Assembly: GCA_964016885.1 (NCBI GenBank)
Contig: OZ024742.1
Location: forward strand, 197,284,001-197,348,000
From: Eledone cirrhosa
Lineage: Eukaryota
Length of the DNA: 64,000 nt
Reading direction: 5' to 3'
Shown here: positions 16,008 through 28,664 of the stretch, in pieces
Position numbering within the stretch: position 1 is the first letter of the stretch
How the letters are laid out: every line of letters starts with the position of its first letter
Program-made: the position numbers and the translations under genes
The notes under the pieces: model-generated
Told to the model about the DNA's origin: nothing
What the model saw: only the letters and a program-made list of their open reading frames with translations
Databases searched by the model: none

Positions 16008-16279
16008 ACGGTGGATTGGCAGTATCGGTAGAGGGTCGGACGCCATGAGTTTAAATTCCGCCGAGGTTGACTTTGCCTTTCATCCTTACGGGGATAAAAT
16101 AAAATACCAGTAATGCACTGGGATAATTGCTGGCCTTGTGCCTAAAGTAGAAACAATTATATATATATATATATATATTCAAATCCTGCTGAGGCTAGCT
16201 ATACTTGTCATCCTTCCTGAGGCTATAAAATCTAGTACCAGTAACGCACTGTGGGTCAATTTAATCAACCTTTCTCTCG

Positions 16280-16352
<73 letters not shown>

Positions 16353-16393
16353 TCTCTCTCTCTCTCAAATTGCCGACCTTATGTCGAAGTGCG

Positions 16394-16398
<5 letters not shown>
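16008..16398 (+). mobile_element. Two adjacent Nin/Deu-core SINE copies (internally deleted / truncated)
   Basis: GGTGGATTGGCAGTATCGGTAGAGGGTCGGACGCC head; second copy TTCAAATCCTGCTGAGG...(CT)n. Confidence 0.75.
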
Positions 16399-16429
<31 letters not shown>

Positions 16430-16691
16430 TCGTTATTGATATTAGATAACCAGAATTAATATCAATAACGACTTACTGTAAAGATTTAGTTATTGAAGAC
16501 ACCAACCACCAGTCAAGTCATTGATCCCATTTTTCAAATATATTTTACTGTACCAAGGAATTTTCTTCATTTTCCATTATTTCCTCTTTTCCATATAAAG
16601 CGTGAAACTAATAAGACTTTTTGTACCTTTATTTGGTGTCTCCTTGAACTATATATATATATATATATATATATTATACATATATATATAT

Positions 16692-16788
<97 letters not shown>

Positions 16789-16880
16789 ATATATATATAT
16801 GTATAATATATATATATTTATTTGGTGTCTCCTTGAACTATATATATATATATATATATATATTATACACATATATATAT

Positions 16881-16952
<72 letters not shown>

Positions 16953-17511
16953 TATATATAAATATATAATCGGAGAAAGCTAATAGTGATACTCCGGCCA
17001 AATTCCAACTCACTCAACAAACATTAGGAAATACCTGAGTATATTCGTAATTAAACGTTCGGGGTGCTAACTATATTGTATTGTGTGGAAAATTGGCTGT
17101 ATCATTTCATATGAGATATATCAAATATATCTCTTCCCAGACAACTCGTTTCATTATAAGATTTCTACAAGTTGGGTGAAATTATACCAAATTATGTAGA
17201 AGCTTGTATAAGATCAACAGATACTTATTCAAGTGGGCTCTTATAATTCTTCAGTTGGTGCCCAATAATATTAATATTGATAACCAAATCAACATCAATA
17301 TTTAGTGATAATTATCATCAGTGCTTGAGGGAGCTGCTAGGTTGTTAGTCCAGCAGTTCTAAAGAAAATCTCACACTGTCTCGAAAATAGGAGGAAGGAG
17401 ACTACCGCCAAAAAAACAATACAGGCGTAGGTCAATGAACATTGAAAAGAATTCAAGCCACGTGCTAGAACTCAATTGGATATGAAAAAATAACCATATG
17501 TGCGCATCGCT

Positions 17512-17608
<97 letters not shown>

Positions 17609-17609
17609 G

Positions 17610-17953
17610 TATAAGGATAAGGAACGATGATTCATTATTGCATCATAACATATCTAATAACATATTGCATATGTTTCACTATCAATCAGCTCGAGACATG
17701 GCCTATTATAGATCGAACATGTCTCTGTAATCGAAAGGTCGTTAGATATGCTTAGTATATGAATTTGTCTCCGAATTCATATACTAATTCGGAGACAAAT
17801 TCATATACTAAGCATATCTAACGACCTTTCGATTACAGAGACATGTTCGATCTATAATAGGCCATGTCTCGAGCTGATTGATAGTGAAACATATGCAATA
17901 TGTTATTAGATATGTTATGATGCAACACTGAACCATTGTTCCTTATCCTTATA
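17610..17953. repeat. Long palindrome with 140-bp perfect arms (17638-17777 / 17786-17925) and imperfect outer extension
   Basis: Arms read as exact reverse complements around the loop CATATACT. Confidence 0.92.
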
Positions 17954-18268
17954 GTATTATACTCTGCTCTGCGCGAGTATCGAATGCTCAACCAGCATAT
18001 CGAGTTTTTTCGATATGGACGCATTTTTCATGCAACCATACAACTATATATATAGTATTTACGTATCGAGAGAGAGAAAAAAGGAAGGATAGGTGATACA
18101 TGTAGTTATTTGCCAAATGGCGTATGCAAAAGGTGCTCAATACTAGTGCCGGCAGTATTAAATATTAGAAGTGTTAATATTTAGTTGGCGAGAGAGTTAG
18201 CAGAGCGTAAGCACGTGGAAAGGTAACAAATCGGAGAACAGACCGTTAAAACATGTTTATTTAAAACA

Positions 18269-18307
18269 GCACCTACGTACGTTTCGTCCAGTTGGGCTTA
18301 TCAAGTG
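18269..18307 (-). ncRNA. U3-A8 hammerhead at PLE 3' end (left arm; stem I damaged by deletion)
   Basis: Reverse complement: CAC-TTGATAA-GCCC-AACT-GGAC-GAAA-CGTACG-TA-GGTGC. Confidence 0.6.
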
Positions 18308-18703
18308 TTCCTTACATTGCTCGGAAAGTGTTTTGGGGGTTAAGTTCACGTCATAATTCATTCTTCGCAAAAAAAGCGTGTTTTGATTTTGCAGTAGGTC
18401 AAGGGAGGTAACTCTAGCCCGTGTTAGGGCAGTCTTTCCCGGACAAATTTTTTATCCGTTACAAGATGTGGTTACAACCTTACCATTGTCGATACGCACA
18501 GGGTCAGGTAATCAACGCTTATTTTGAGACGTTTGTTTTTCCGCATCTGCTCGCCTGGGTCGTTTGAGGCTGGGTATGGGATGCATGGTTAGTTTCATGG
18601 GTGTTTTTATGCAGCGCCTGCCCGCCGGGTTGTTAAAGCTTGTTGCAGGGAGACCCAGTACACGGTTTCACTCCTCATCCTTAACCCACCTGAAGAAGGA
18701 TAT

Positions 18704-19085
18704 TTATAAGCGATGTGTACAACATATCGTCGTTTCAGCTCTGCTGTTGATGAGCTCGTGGGGTGCAGTTATGATCTGGTAGAGCTCCATGAGGCAAAGA
18801 TCGCATTTCCTCTTGAAGTTGTACGGTGCAGCCCTGCCGACAATATCCCAGTGCGTGGAGAAGCTGATGTTTAAGTCATTTAATGATGTGATGTAGTCCG
18901 CGAGCGAAGTGGAGTGTCTTAATTTTTTATTTGTGAAAGAGTGGACATGTGTTCGAAATCTAATTTTGAACGGGCCTGAGGTAGCCCCTATATAATGTTT
19001 AACGCTATTGTGGCTAGTTACAGTGCACCTATATATAACCCTATCAGTCAAGCAGTATCCTCTAAGGGGGCAGCGTCCCCTGTCG
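18704..19085 (-). pseudogene. PLE GIY-YIG endonuclease domain (left arm)
   Basis: CPLRGYCLTDRVIYRCTVTSHNSVKHYIGATSGPFKIRFRTHVHSF...CDLCLMEL...LINSRAE...CTHRL. Confidence 0.88.
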
Positions 19086-19402
19086 TATGTATGTTAATGC
19101 GCTGTAGCCCATTACGTGCCCCTTTCACTTTATGCTCGGGTGCACTCTTCTTCCTTCTTCCATGTTTATGTACAGGAAGATGTTGGTTGGAAGATGTTGG
19201 TAGTAGGCCGTCGCCTTTGTTGATTTTATAGTAGGGGAATAATTCGAGTAGGCTACAGTGGTCACTGTCACCAGGGTCGTGATCTTTATTGTGTGGTAAG
19301 TTACCTATACTATCGCCAGTGTAATTAACGTTGCGGCCGTATTCCTTAGTGCGATTATCTATACTATTATATCCGACTCCTACGAAGTCGTCGCGTGATC
19401 GG

Positions 19403-20575
19403 TTATAGGTATGCCTTACTATAACGTTCGTTTATGAGGGTGGTGGTGTGGTTTCTGGAGCTAGCGTTAGGGATGTAGGAAATTCCTCGGTTAAAGCCGG
19501 CGCTTATCAAGGCCCTATTGTAGTAATCTGCCGCTTGGTTGAAGATATCCTCATTGGCGGAGAACCTCGAGATTCTATGTGAGATGCTATATACTATGGA
19601 GTTGAGAATCTGCTTAGGGTGGTTGGAGGCATAATTAATATAAGAAAGGCACTTTCCAGGCTTATGGTATGGCTTGTATGGCGTCCAAGAAGTTGACAAC
19701 CTGGTTACGGATAGGCCGTATGACTTGAAGAACCTGTGTATATGTTTGTTAAGGTTCTCTATCCTACGACGGCTATGGTTCCTAACGGTAAACAGGGCGT
19801 CGTCCCTATATACACCTCCTTGTAGGGTCGGTATCTCGTCCCTAAGCTTATGGAGGGGGTATATCCCGACCAGGTCAGTTGCTTGCGCTGAGTCACTGGA
19901 CCCCATCGTGACATCGAAGTTATCAGGACGGTTGGTTCTGGTCCAGTGGGAGCCTTCGAACTGGATAATGGTTCTACGCGCCGCTAGAACTATGTCTATT
20001 TCTTTTTTAGTGAGGCTAGTGTTAGATTTAGTTAATATGAGTGCCTTATTTAAGAGTATGGGGGAGATAGAGGCGTAGTAACTATCTATGTCAAACTGGA
20101 TGAACTTCAGGGTCGCTTTATCCGGCAACTCGGTGAACTAATTTATGACCGTGGTCGGTGTTGCCCCAGAGGCAGACCTTAGCCTTTCCATTAAGCTCCA
20201 GTAGTACTCTATCGAGGATCACTTTACTAATCTTACCTATATCAGATGTAGAGGGACATATTAGTCTAATAGAGCAGCTTTCATTAAAGTTACATTTGTG
20301 ATCCTTAAGAGAGAATCTAGGCGTCAGAGGGACGTACGGGTTAGTGTACTTATCTATTTCTAAGCTGGTAACTATATCCTCCCTACTCTATTTATGTCAT
20401 TTAGAGTACTAAAGGGTGTCTTTTTGTAGTCTTTGTGTAGTTCCTTATAAATGAATTTTTTATACTTGCTCGCGTCCATCTTGTACAGCTTCTTGGTTTT
20501 GTCGGAGGTGACGAAGAGGGGCGGGTCATTCTTGAGCTTAGTTATGAGTGTATCAAGGGACCTTAAGAATGGATT
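19403..20575 (-). pseudogene. PLE reverse transcriptase (disrupted)
   Basis: FIQFDIDSYYASI, FDVTMGSSDSAQATDLVGIY, GGVYRDDALF, YKPYHKP, YINYASNHP motifs. Confidence 0.9.
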
Positions 20576-20587
20576 GGTGGAGCCAAA

Positions 20588-22839
20588 AGGCGGTGTATAT
20601 AGGGACGACGCCCTGTTTACCGTTACGAACCATAGCCCTCGTAGGATAGAGAACCTTAACAAACATATACACAGGTTCTTCAAGTCATACGGCCTATCCG
20701 TAACTATGGACCTCAACCACCAAGTTGTCAACTTCCTGGACGTGACCCTGGAGTTGAGTACGGGCCTATACAAGCCATACCATAAGCCTGAAGAGTGCCT
20801 TTCTTATATTAATTATGCCTCCAACCACCCTAGGCAGACTCTCAACTCCATAGTCTATAGCATCTCACATAGAATCTCGAGACTTTCCGCCAATGAGGAT
20901 ACCTTCACCCAAGCGGCAGATTACTACAATAGGGCCTTGATAAGCGCCGGCTTTAACCGAGGAATTTCCTACATCCCTAACGCTAGCTCTAGAACCCCCC
21001 CCCTCATAAAACGAACGTTATAGTAAGCCATACCTATAACCGATCACGCGGCGACTTCGTAGGAGTCGGATATAATAGTATAGATACTAAGTATCTATAC
21101 TATAATAGTATCGCACTAAGGAACACGGCCGCAACGTTAATTACACTGGCGACGGTATAGGTAACTTACCACACAATAAAGATCACGACCCCGGTGACAG
21201 TGACCACTGTAACTTACTCGAATTATTCCCCTACTATAAAATCAACAAAAGCGACGGTCTACTACCAACGCCTTTCAACCAACATCTTCCTGTATCCTGT
21301 ACATAAACATGGAAGAAGGAAGAAGAGTGCACCCGAGCATAAAGTGAAAGAGGCACGTAACGGGCTACAGCGCATTAACATACATAAGTACGGTCACCTT
21401 GATGGAACCACCCGTAGCAAACGTACAAGGACACGTAATCGCTACCGTAACGTCCTATGGACCCCCCTACTCTCTGAGTGTGGCCTCCAACATAACCCGG
21501 ATATTCTTCGAAGCCTTAGAGAAGAACTTCCCGCCCAACCATAGGTATAGAACAATTCTGAATAGGAACAATATAAAAATATCCTTCTGTACTACTCCTA
21601 ACCTAGCAGACATCATAGGAACAACGAACCACAGTAAGATCACCAAGACACAGCACCTTAGCACAGACCTGCACCTGACAATAACTATATCGGCCTTAAC
21701 AACTCCCTAGCAGCATCCAATAGTGCTGGCAACGGCCTCTACAGACGCAACCAGCATAACCGCGACATGACTGGGGAACATGCAGGACATGACATGCGGA
21801 ATAATAATCGTACCACTCCACGAACTGTGGGTTGTAATGGTGCTAACGACAAGTGCGGGAGCGTAGATAACAACGTAGATAGCAACAATGATAGCCTAAT
21901 CGTGGGAAGCGGAAGGAACCACGACAGAAATTGCAACTGCTGCGACAGAGGACGCTGCCCCCTTAGAGGATACTGCTTGACTGATAGGGTTATATATAGG
22001 TGCACTGTAACTAGCCACAATAGCGTTAAACATTATATAGGGGCTACCTCAGGCCCGTTCAAAATTAGATTTCGAACACATCTCCACTCTTTCACAAATA
22101 AAAAATTAAGACACTCCACTTCGCTCGCGGACTACATCACATCATTAAATGACTTAAACGTCAGCTTCTCCACGCACTGGGATATTGTCGGCAGGGCTGC
22201 ACCGTACAACTTCAAGAGGAAGTGCGATTTTTGCCTCATGGAGCTCTACCAGATCATAACTGCACCCCCACGAGCTCATCAACAGCAGAGCTGAAACGAC
22301 GATATGTTGTACACATCGCTTAAAAATATCCTTCTTCAGGTGGGTTAAGGATGAGGAGTGAAACTGTATACCGGATCTCCCTGCAACAAGCTTTAACACC
22401 CCGGCGGGCAGGCGCTGAAAAAAAAACACCCATGAAACTAACCATGCATCCCAGACCCAGCCTCAAACGACCCAGGCAAGCAGATACGGAAAAACAAACG
22501 TCTCAAAATAAGCGTTGATTACCTTACCCTGTGCGTATCGACAATGGTAAGGTTGTAACCACATCTGTTTGGATACAAAATTTGTCCGGGAAAGACTGCC
22601 CTAACACTGGCCAGAGTTACCTCCTTTGACCTACTGCAAAATCAAAACACGCTTTTTTTGCGAAGAATGAATTATGACGTGAACTTAACCCCCAAAACTC
22701 TTTCCGAGCAATGTAAGAATGTAAGGAACACTTTTGGTTATTTATGCCCTTGACAAGCCCAACTGGGCGAAACGTACGTAGGTGCTGTTTTAAATAAACA
22801 TGTTTTAACGGTCTGTTCTCCGATTTCTTACTATTCCAC

Positions 22840-22841
<2 letters not shown>
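20588..22841 (+). mobile_element. Penelope-like retroelement, right arm of inverted dimer (starts at RT YRDD motif; thumb, linker, GIY-YIG, 3' pLTR)
   Basis: GGVYRDDALF...VNFLDVTL...SNHP; PPYSLSVASNI...NFP..NRNNIKISF; CNCCDRGRCPLRGYCL..VIY..YIG; reverse complement of 18213-19822. Confidence 0.92.
22738..22797 (+). ncRNA. U3-A8 minimal type I hammerhead ribozyme in PLE pLTR
   Basis: GCCC-TTGACAA-GCCC-AACT-GGGC-GAAA-CGTACG-TA-GGTGC; palindromic stem III ACGTACGT; distal stem I TTATTTA/TAAATAA; predicted cleavage after GUA (22780). Confidence 0.78.
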
Positions 22842-22891
<50 letters not shown>

Positions 22892-22967
22892 CGAAGGAAG
22901 CGTAGTAAGGAACCAGATTGGCCATAATGCACCAGAGTAGCCAATACTTAGGGTCGTAGAGTGGGTA

Positions 22968-23085
22968 ATAGGAAAATGTTTAACCCCGACGGCAGAGCTC
23001 AAGCCGTTTCGACGGCTATTTCTCAGTTCAGAAATAGCCGACGAAACGGCTTTAGCTCTGCCGTCGGGGTTAAACATTTTCCTAT
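22968..23085. repeat. ~118-bp near-perfect palindrome
   Basis: ATAGGAAAATGTTTAACCCCGACGGCAGAGCT... / ...AGCTCTGCCGTCGGGGTTAAACATTTTCCTAT. Confidence 0.9.
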
Positions 23086-23086
23086 A

Positions 23087-23156
<70 letters not shown>

Positions 23157-23665
23157 AAATATTCGATTATAAAAAAGTTAGAAGTCAAGTTATTTCTAAA
23201 CTAAACTAACAAAATGGAGGGAAACTGTCTCGTCTGATGAAAAGTAGAACAACATTAATCTGACATATACTAAAATTAAACAAACTAGCTTACTTTCACA
23301 GATGGTTCTCTTTCTTAACTTATAGTCCATCAATGTCGAATTTAATTGCTTGATGACATTTACTAAACCGCTAAAACTGCAATTCTTTTTGTACTAGACT
23401 GCCAAACGGACATTGACGTGTTTTATGTCTAAGAGAAGTAGGGAATCGAACCCAGATGCAGTAGTGTTTAAATAAAACATTTCCTCATATTCCATCAACT
23501 ATTTCTTCCGTCTTTCTATTTTCCTACCGTTTTCTACATCACTGTTTATCTTCTGATCTATAAATCAATTATATTGCGAAATATATTCCTCAAAAGTTTA
23601 CATAACATTTCTTTCTTTCACATTCCAATTTTAAATAGTTTACACTTATGATGTATGTCTAAAGA

Positions 23666-23760
23666 AATTTTAAGAGTGTCAGACCCAAATTGGATCTGAC
23701 ACTCTTGAAATTATTTATCAGTTAGAATTGGATTCCAATTCTAACTGCTAAATAATTTCA
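23666..23760. repeat. Two overlapping hairpins
   Basis: AAGAGTGTCAGA/TCTGACACTCTT and TGAAATTATTTA.CAGTTAGAATTGGA/TCCAATTCTAACTG.TAAATAATTTCA. Confidence 0.85.
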
Positions 23761-23779
23761 CTACATACGGCTTGGTGGC

Positions 23780-24000
23780 TGTAGCTATGTAATTTAAACT
23801 TCAGTTTGTTGTCTCTGGCGATGTAGTTAAACGTCAGGTTGTTCTCTATGGCAATAGAGTTAAACGTCGAATTGAATGAAGTCTGTAGCTATGTAGTTAA
23901 ACGCCAGGTCATTTACTATGTGGTTAAACGTCAGTTTGTTGTCTGTAGCTATGTGGTTAAATGTGACATTGTTGACTGTTGCTGTGTAGTTAAATGTGTC
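23780..24000. repeat. Degenerate short tandem repeat with (TGTAGCTA)TGTAGTTAAACGTCAG core
   Basis: Core recurs about 7 times. Confidence 0.7.
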
Positions 24001-24269
24001 CTTTGGCTTACCTTGTCTTTCGAACCTATGGCCCAAATTACCAAGAAATGAAGATTTGATGAGGGAAGTAGAAACCTCTTTGAACACTAATTGAAACTAA
24101 TCACTACGAGGCATTTATTCAATGTTTTAATAGTTTTGGCAATCGTAATTTAATTATATACTATAAATATTAATTACTATATCATCATTCAACTATTAAT
24201 TATCTATCTAAATATAAATTTTGTATAGTGGACCTATCACAAGTTGAGAGACATAAATATTATTCAGAT

Positions 24270-24797
24270 GTGTCAACAATACCCGTCGGACGTCCCAACT
24301 ACTTTGAGGTGGGCGAGAGATGTGTTCCTTTGAGAAAATGGGTATAGCGTTCATTGTGTAAAATCTCCCCATTTTGCCTCATTTCTCACCGTTTGGGGAT
24401 ATTTTTTTACATGGTACTCCCCGTTTGGGTTCTTTAGAGGTTTTTCAGGTCTGTATTATTTGTAATGTTGGTGCATATTTGGTTGCTCAACTGACTTTCC
24501 TTTCCTTCATATATTATTACAAGTGGGGGTTGTTTACTTATTAATATTACATTAAATATGCTTCATCTATTAATCTAATTAGATGGATTGTCAAAATGTA
24601 TATATCTGTCATCAACCTACGGTAAATATTGCAGACCAACCAACCTCTAAAAACCCAAACGTGGAGTACCATGAAAAAAAGAAATGTGGCAAAATAGGGA
24701 GATTTTACATAATGAAAGCTATACCCATTTTCACAAGAGAAGACATCTCTCACCCACCCCAAAGGCAAAGCTCGCCGTCGGACGAGGAGAGTTAAAT
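24270..24797. mobile_element. MITE-like element with ~170-bp diverged terminal inverted repeats
   Basis: 24270-24441 is the reverse complement of 24642-24797 (AAATCTCCCCATTTTGCC / GGCAAAATAGGGAGATTT); a further arm copy at 49885-50070. Confidence 0.7.
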
Positions 24798-25679
24798 CCC
24801 AAAAGTTTAATCCACCATCCTCTGTGTAAGTGTTCGAAGTGATATAGCAACAATAGCTCTGTGGGTTTGATCAGTATCTCAATTCTTCGAAGTTAATTGT
24901 AATACAGCCACGAGCCCCACCCCTCACCGAGTGTTAGATATTCCTCTCATTCAAATAACATGAAGTTGAACTCGGATTATGTGGAGTCATGCGATTTAGA
25001 CAGGGTTAGATTGCAAATGAAAAAATAGAGTTTATTGCAAATGGAAAAGTAGAGGTTTTAAAATATTTATTGCATAATAATCCATTGAATGCTTAAATAT
25101 GTTTCATATTATATTAATGATATTTGCTAATCTTATTGGCTTCCATATTAGACAAGTTGGGGTTTGTTTATTTTGTATTCATTTGTCTGTTTATCATTAA
25201 AAAAAATGTCCGCTGTACATGGAGTACACTAATACTTTCATACACAATGCCTTGGAGCAATCTCAAAAGGAAGAAAAAACATTGAAGACCATTTGGTTGT
25301 CATTTCCGTAGTATTTTAGCAATGATATATTTGGAGAGGAAAGAACAATAAAAATCAAAATTAAATAACGTAAAATTCTAGAATCTGCTGACAAAGCATC
25401 AAGTTGAAGTATTCTGTTTAGACTCATCCAAACTTTATCTATCATTCCACGTTCAATCTGGTGTCATTTAATAACGAGTTAACATGGGTGATACTTTGAC
25501 ACCCCGTTCCCACTCATTATGGGTGTTAACATTATTGTAAGACATGATGTTATTAAATGCAGTTATCATAGCTCTCTGGTTATATTGTTAACTCTTTAAT
25601 ATATGAACTAAATGAATTTAAAATATGAAACAATTTGTTCCAAATTTTGAAATAATTTGGTTGTGTTTCTGCTATTGAT

Positions 25680-25830
25680 TGTTTATACTTTTGGCACAAG
25701 GCCAGCAATTACCCCAGTGCATTACTGGTGCTTTATTTTATCGATCCCGTAAGGATAAAAGTCAGATCTTAAAGGCAAAGTTAACCTCGGCGGGATTTGA
25801 ACTCAGATCGTAAAGGGCCGTAACTCTATA
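25680..25830 (-). mobile_element. Nin/Deu-core SINE
   Basis: TTTGGCACAAGGCCAGCAATT...AAAGTTAACCTCGGCGGGATTTGAACTCAGA. Confidence 0.8.
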
Positions 25831-25993
25831 CTTATGCTATTAATTGAGTGATAAAACTCTCAGGAGAGCTGGACATAAGAAAGTCTTCAGAGAAGAAACC
25901 CTTCTCAAGCGAGTGTTTCGGCCCTTAACTTAATTATTTAGTGCTTTCATGTCAATCATTAATCAAAAACTAAACATTATTTTATAAAACATG

Positions 25994-26179
25994 GGCGGTG
26001 AATTGGCAGTATCGGTAGAGGGTCGGACGCCATGCTTTGACGCATAGAGTTACGGCCCTTGCCATTCTGAGTTCAAATCCCGCCGAGGTTAACTTTGCCT
26101 TTCATCCTTAAGGGGTCGATAAAATAAAGTACCAGTAATACACTGGGTAATTGCTGGCCTTGTGCCAATAGTAGAAACA
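25994..26179 (+). mobile_element. Young full-length Nin/Deu-core SINE with TSD
   Basis: TSD ATTATTTTATAAAACATG (25976-25993 / 26180-26197); near-identical to 11764-11947 and 49357-49545. Confidence 0.92.
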
Positions 26180-26292
26180 ATTATTTTATAAAACATGTAC
26201 ACGAACTATCTACATGAGCATCGTGGCCTCGAAGAAAACATTTTGAAAATAAATGTTTCTAGTTTGAAGCTTGTCTGAGGCCATGATTGTAA

Positions 26293-26610
26293 TTGTCCCT
26301 TTACTCCTGATAGTAGTAGGGGCGCTGTATTGACGGACGTCATTTCTTGGGGGTTTTAAGCCTGGAGAAGCCCGTCCATCTCCAGACCTGAGTACAGTAG
26401 ATTTCTCCCAGAGAACGATAGAAAGTGAGAAAGCGATATAGAGGAAGAATCGAATCCAGTACTAGATTGGTGCTTTTTTTTTATCGACCTCGAAAGGATG
26501 AAAGGCAAAGTTGACCTCGGTGGGAATTGAACTCAGAGAGCAGAGAGCTGGAACGAATACCATAAAACATTCTATCCGACGTTCTAACGACTCTGCTAAT
26601 TCGCCGCCTT
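26293..26610 (-). mobile_element. Long-tail SINE, near full length
   Basis: Head AAGGCGGCGAATTAGCAGAGTCGTTAGAAC (reverse complement), core TATCGACCTCGAAAGGATGAAAGGC, tail GTAGTAGGGGCGCTG. Confidence 0.8.
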
Positions 26611-26784
26611 AATCTGAAGTCGTGTACAAATATCAAATTGAGATACTTTATGATGATCTATATTTGAACTGATCAAACGTAATACAGATAACAAAGATAT
26701 ATTTTAAATATATACTTTCAAGATAAGCTTAATAAACCAGACAGTTGTTATGTTGTTCTTAATATACATAAAAATGGTTCCGTC

Positions 26785-27350
26785 TAGTTTAGTGTCGAAT
26801 TATCTCCAATACAGTTAGATATTTCGTGTCGGTCTGAAGATAAACCACTTTTGGTGTGTTGGTCTCGAATACAGTTAGATGACTGAGAAATTTAGTGTTG
26901 GGCTGAGAATAAATCATTAGCTTTGTGTTGGACTCCAAAACGAGGCTAGGCTGAACAGTTTACAGGCTGACTATGAAGCTGTGAAATCTTTCGTGCATTA
27001 CTTTCTACTCTTCTTATTAATAACTGCATAAATACACCTCATTCCGTCATTCCATGAGAAAATCTTGGTCAACCTATGAACTTTTCAATCTATGAATTCT
27101 TCAGCCGACCCTCGTAGAGTTAGATATTTAGTGTAAGTCTGAGGATAAAACATTAGCTAGATATGTTGGTGGTCTCCAATAGAATTACATATTTAGTGTC
27201 GGGCTGGAGATAGCACAACAGCTTGACGTGTTGCACCCCAATTGAGTTAAATATTTAGTGTCGGGCTGAGGATAAGACAACAGCTTGACGTGTTGTACCC
27301 CAATAGAGTTAAATATCTTAGATATATTGTGTTGGTATGAGGATAAACGA
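26785..27350. repeat. Degenerate ~60-bp tandem repeat (AGTTAGATATTTAGTGTCGGGCTGAGGATAA core)
   Basis: Core recurs at about 26813, 26890, 27118, 27187, 27246 and 27318. Confidence 0.65.
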
Positions 27351-27896
27351 TCAGTATCTTCAGCTGCTCTTGGTGCAACAACTCATGCATCGTCGATGTT
27401 TTTTCCCGTTCACCATCTCAAATTTACGAGTTCATGCAAACATCTTCAATGTTTTTCCGCTCACCATCTCAAGTTTATGAAGCCATGCAAAAGTCCTGAT
27501 TGTTTTTCTCGTTCACTAACTCCAGACATCATGCAAAATACATAAATGCCCCCTCTGACTATATAAAAAAGAGTTAATTTAAAAAAATGAAATATAAAAC
27601 AATTTTCTAGACACTCATTCCATATAAATGTCAGTCTGGTTGTTTATAATTCAATTATTCTCAAACTCTTTTACAAATTATGTAGCAAATTTAATATTCC
27701 AGTCTGAGAATTAAAATTTTAAAGGCTTTCTAAATCTACAAGAAGAGTTAAAACGATAATTTGTCAATTTGTTCATGAAGAAAGCAAAATTGAATTAGAA
27801 TGACTGCAAACGAAACAGTTTCTAAATGCGTTCATTTTATTGTTTAAAAGATTGAATTTTATTTGGTACTGCAACATCCCCCAATTCTGCTTAGAA

Positions 27897-28196
27897 TTAC
27901 CTCTGGTCTTATACCCCCCCCCCCCCGCTTATTAAATTTTGCTAACCTATCTCCGGTGACAATTAATTTTTCTTTAGACATTAAAAAATATTATACATGA
28001 TAAAAAAAAGTACATTACTAGAAATCCCATATGTGACAAAAATAAATAGGATGGGTTGGGGGTCTCAATATGCAAAATAAACGACTAATTTAGGTTTTTA
28101 AAAAATCAACGGAAACAACCGAGAAAAATTGCCAATTTTCTACCCACCCTCACCTCAGTTATACCCCCAACCCCTATTATTGGGGACCCAAGAGTA
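27897..28196. mobile_element. MITE-like repeat; related copy at 52533-52840
   Basis: Shared CATTAAAAAA.ATTATA.ATGA.AAAA...CATTAC.AGAAATCCCAT and terminus TATT.GGGACCC..GAGT. Confidence 0.55.
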
Positions 28197-28436
28197 GAAA
28201 GTAAGTTGTCAGTTTGCAGCCTTACCGTCCATTCAGTACTACTCAAAGTAAGTAAATATGTTATTGTCACTGACAATATGTCCGTTCTGCGCTGATAAGT
28301 TGTACTCATCTCATAAACGTGATCTCAGGTAAATAAATACCGTCATTCCTTTGAAATAATTTCATAAATATTTTGTGTAATTAATATATGATCTATTTAC
28401 CCATTCCCCACTATCCATTTCTCTCTCTCTTCCCCC

Positions 28437-28475
<39 letters not shown>

Positions 28476-28573
28476 CATATTACATGCTCCCATATTAAAT
28501 ATGTGTACACAAACAGTAAATGATATAATTGAAGCTTCGAAAAATTCGTAAGTACACACATTTCTCTCTCTTG

Positions 28574-28659
<86 letters not shown>

Positions 28660-28664
<5 letters not shown>

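Larger units (their letters stand above)
18213..20587 (-). mobile_element. Penelope-like retroelement (Nematis-type), 5'-truncated, left arm of inverted dimer
   Basis: DKT..LY, LKDHK, FDIDSYY, TMGS, YRDD RT motifs; GIY-YIG VIYRC..HYIGAT..FKIRF..H..SF; frameshifts, stops and deletions. Confidence 0.92.

Noticed and set aside
16628-16960. Short tandem duplication flanked by (TA)n
   Set aside because: Ordinary slippage or assembly duplication in microsatellite; no further structure
20372-21023. Overlapping bidirectional genes at the PLE centre
   Set aside because: Chimeric ORFs crossing the inversion junction of two RT fragments
18213-22841. Naiad/Chlamys-type or selenoprotein-coding PLE
   Set aside because: The GIY-YIG domain is C-terminal with a Nematis-like CNC..CPL.G.CL motif; disruptions are frameshifts and TAG stops, not conserved in-frame TGA
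25994-26085. tRNA gene
   Set aside because: A/B boxes are present but there is no cloverleaf; it is the tRNA-derived head of a SINE
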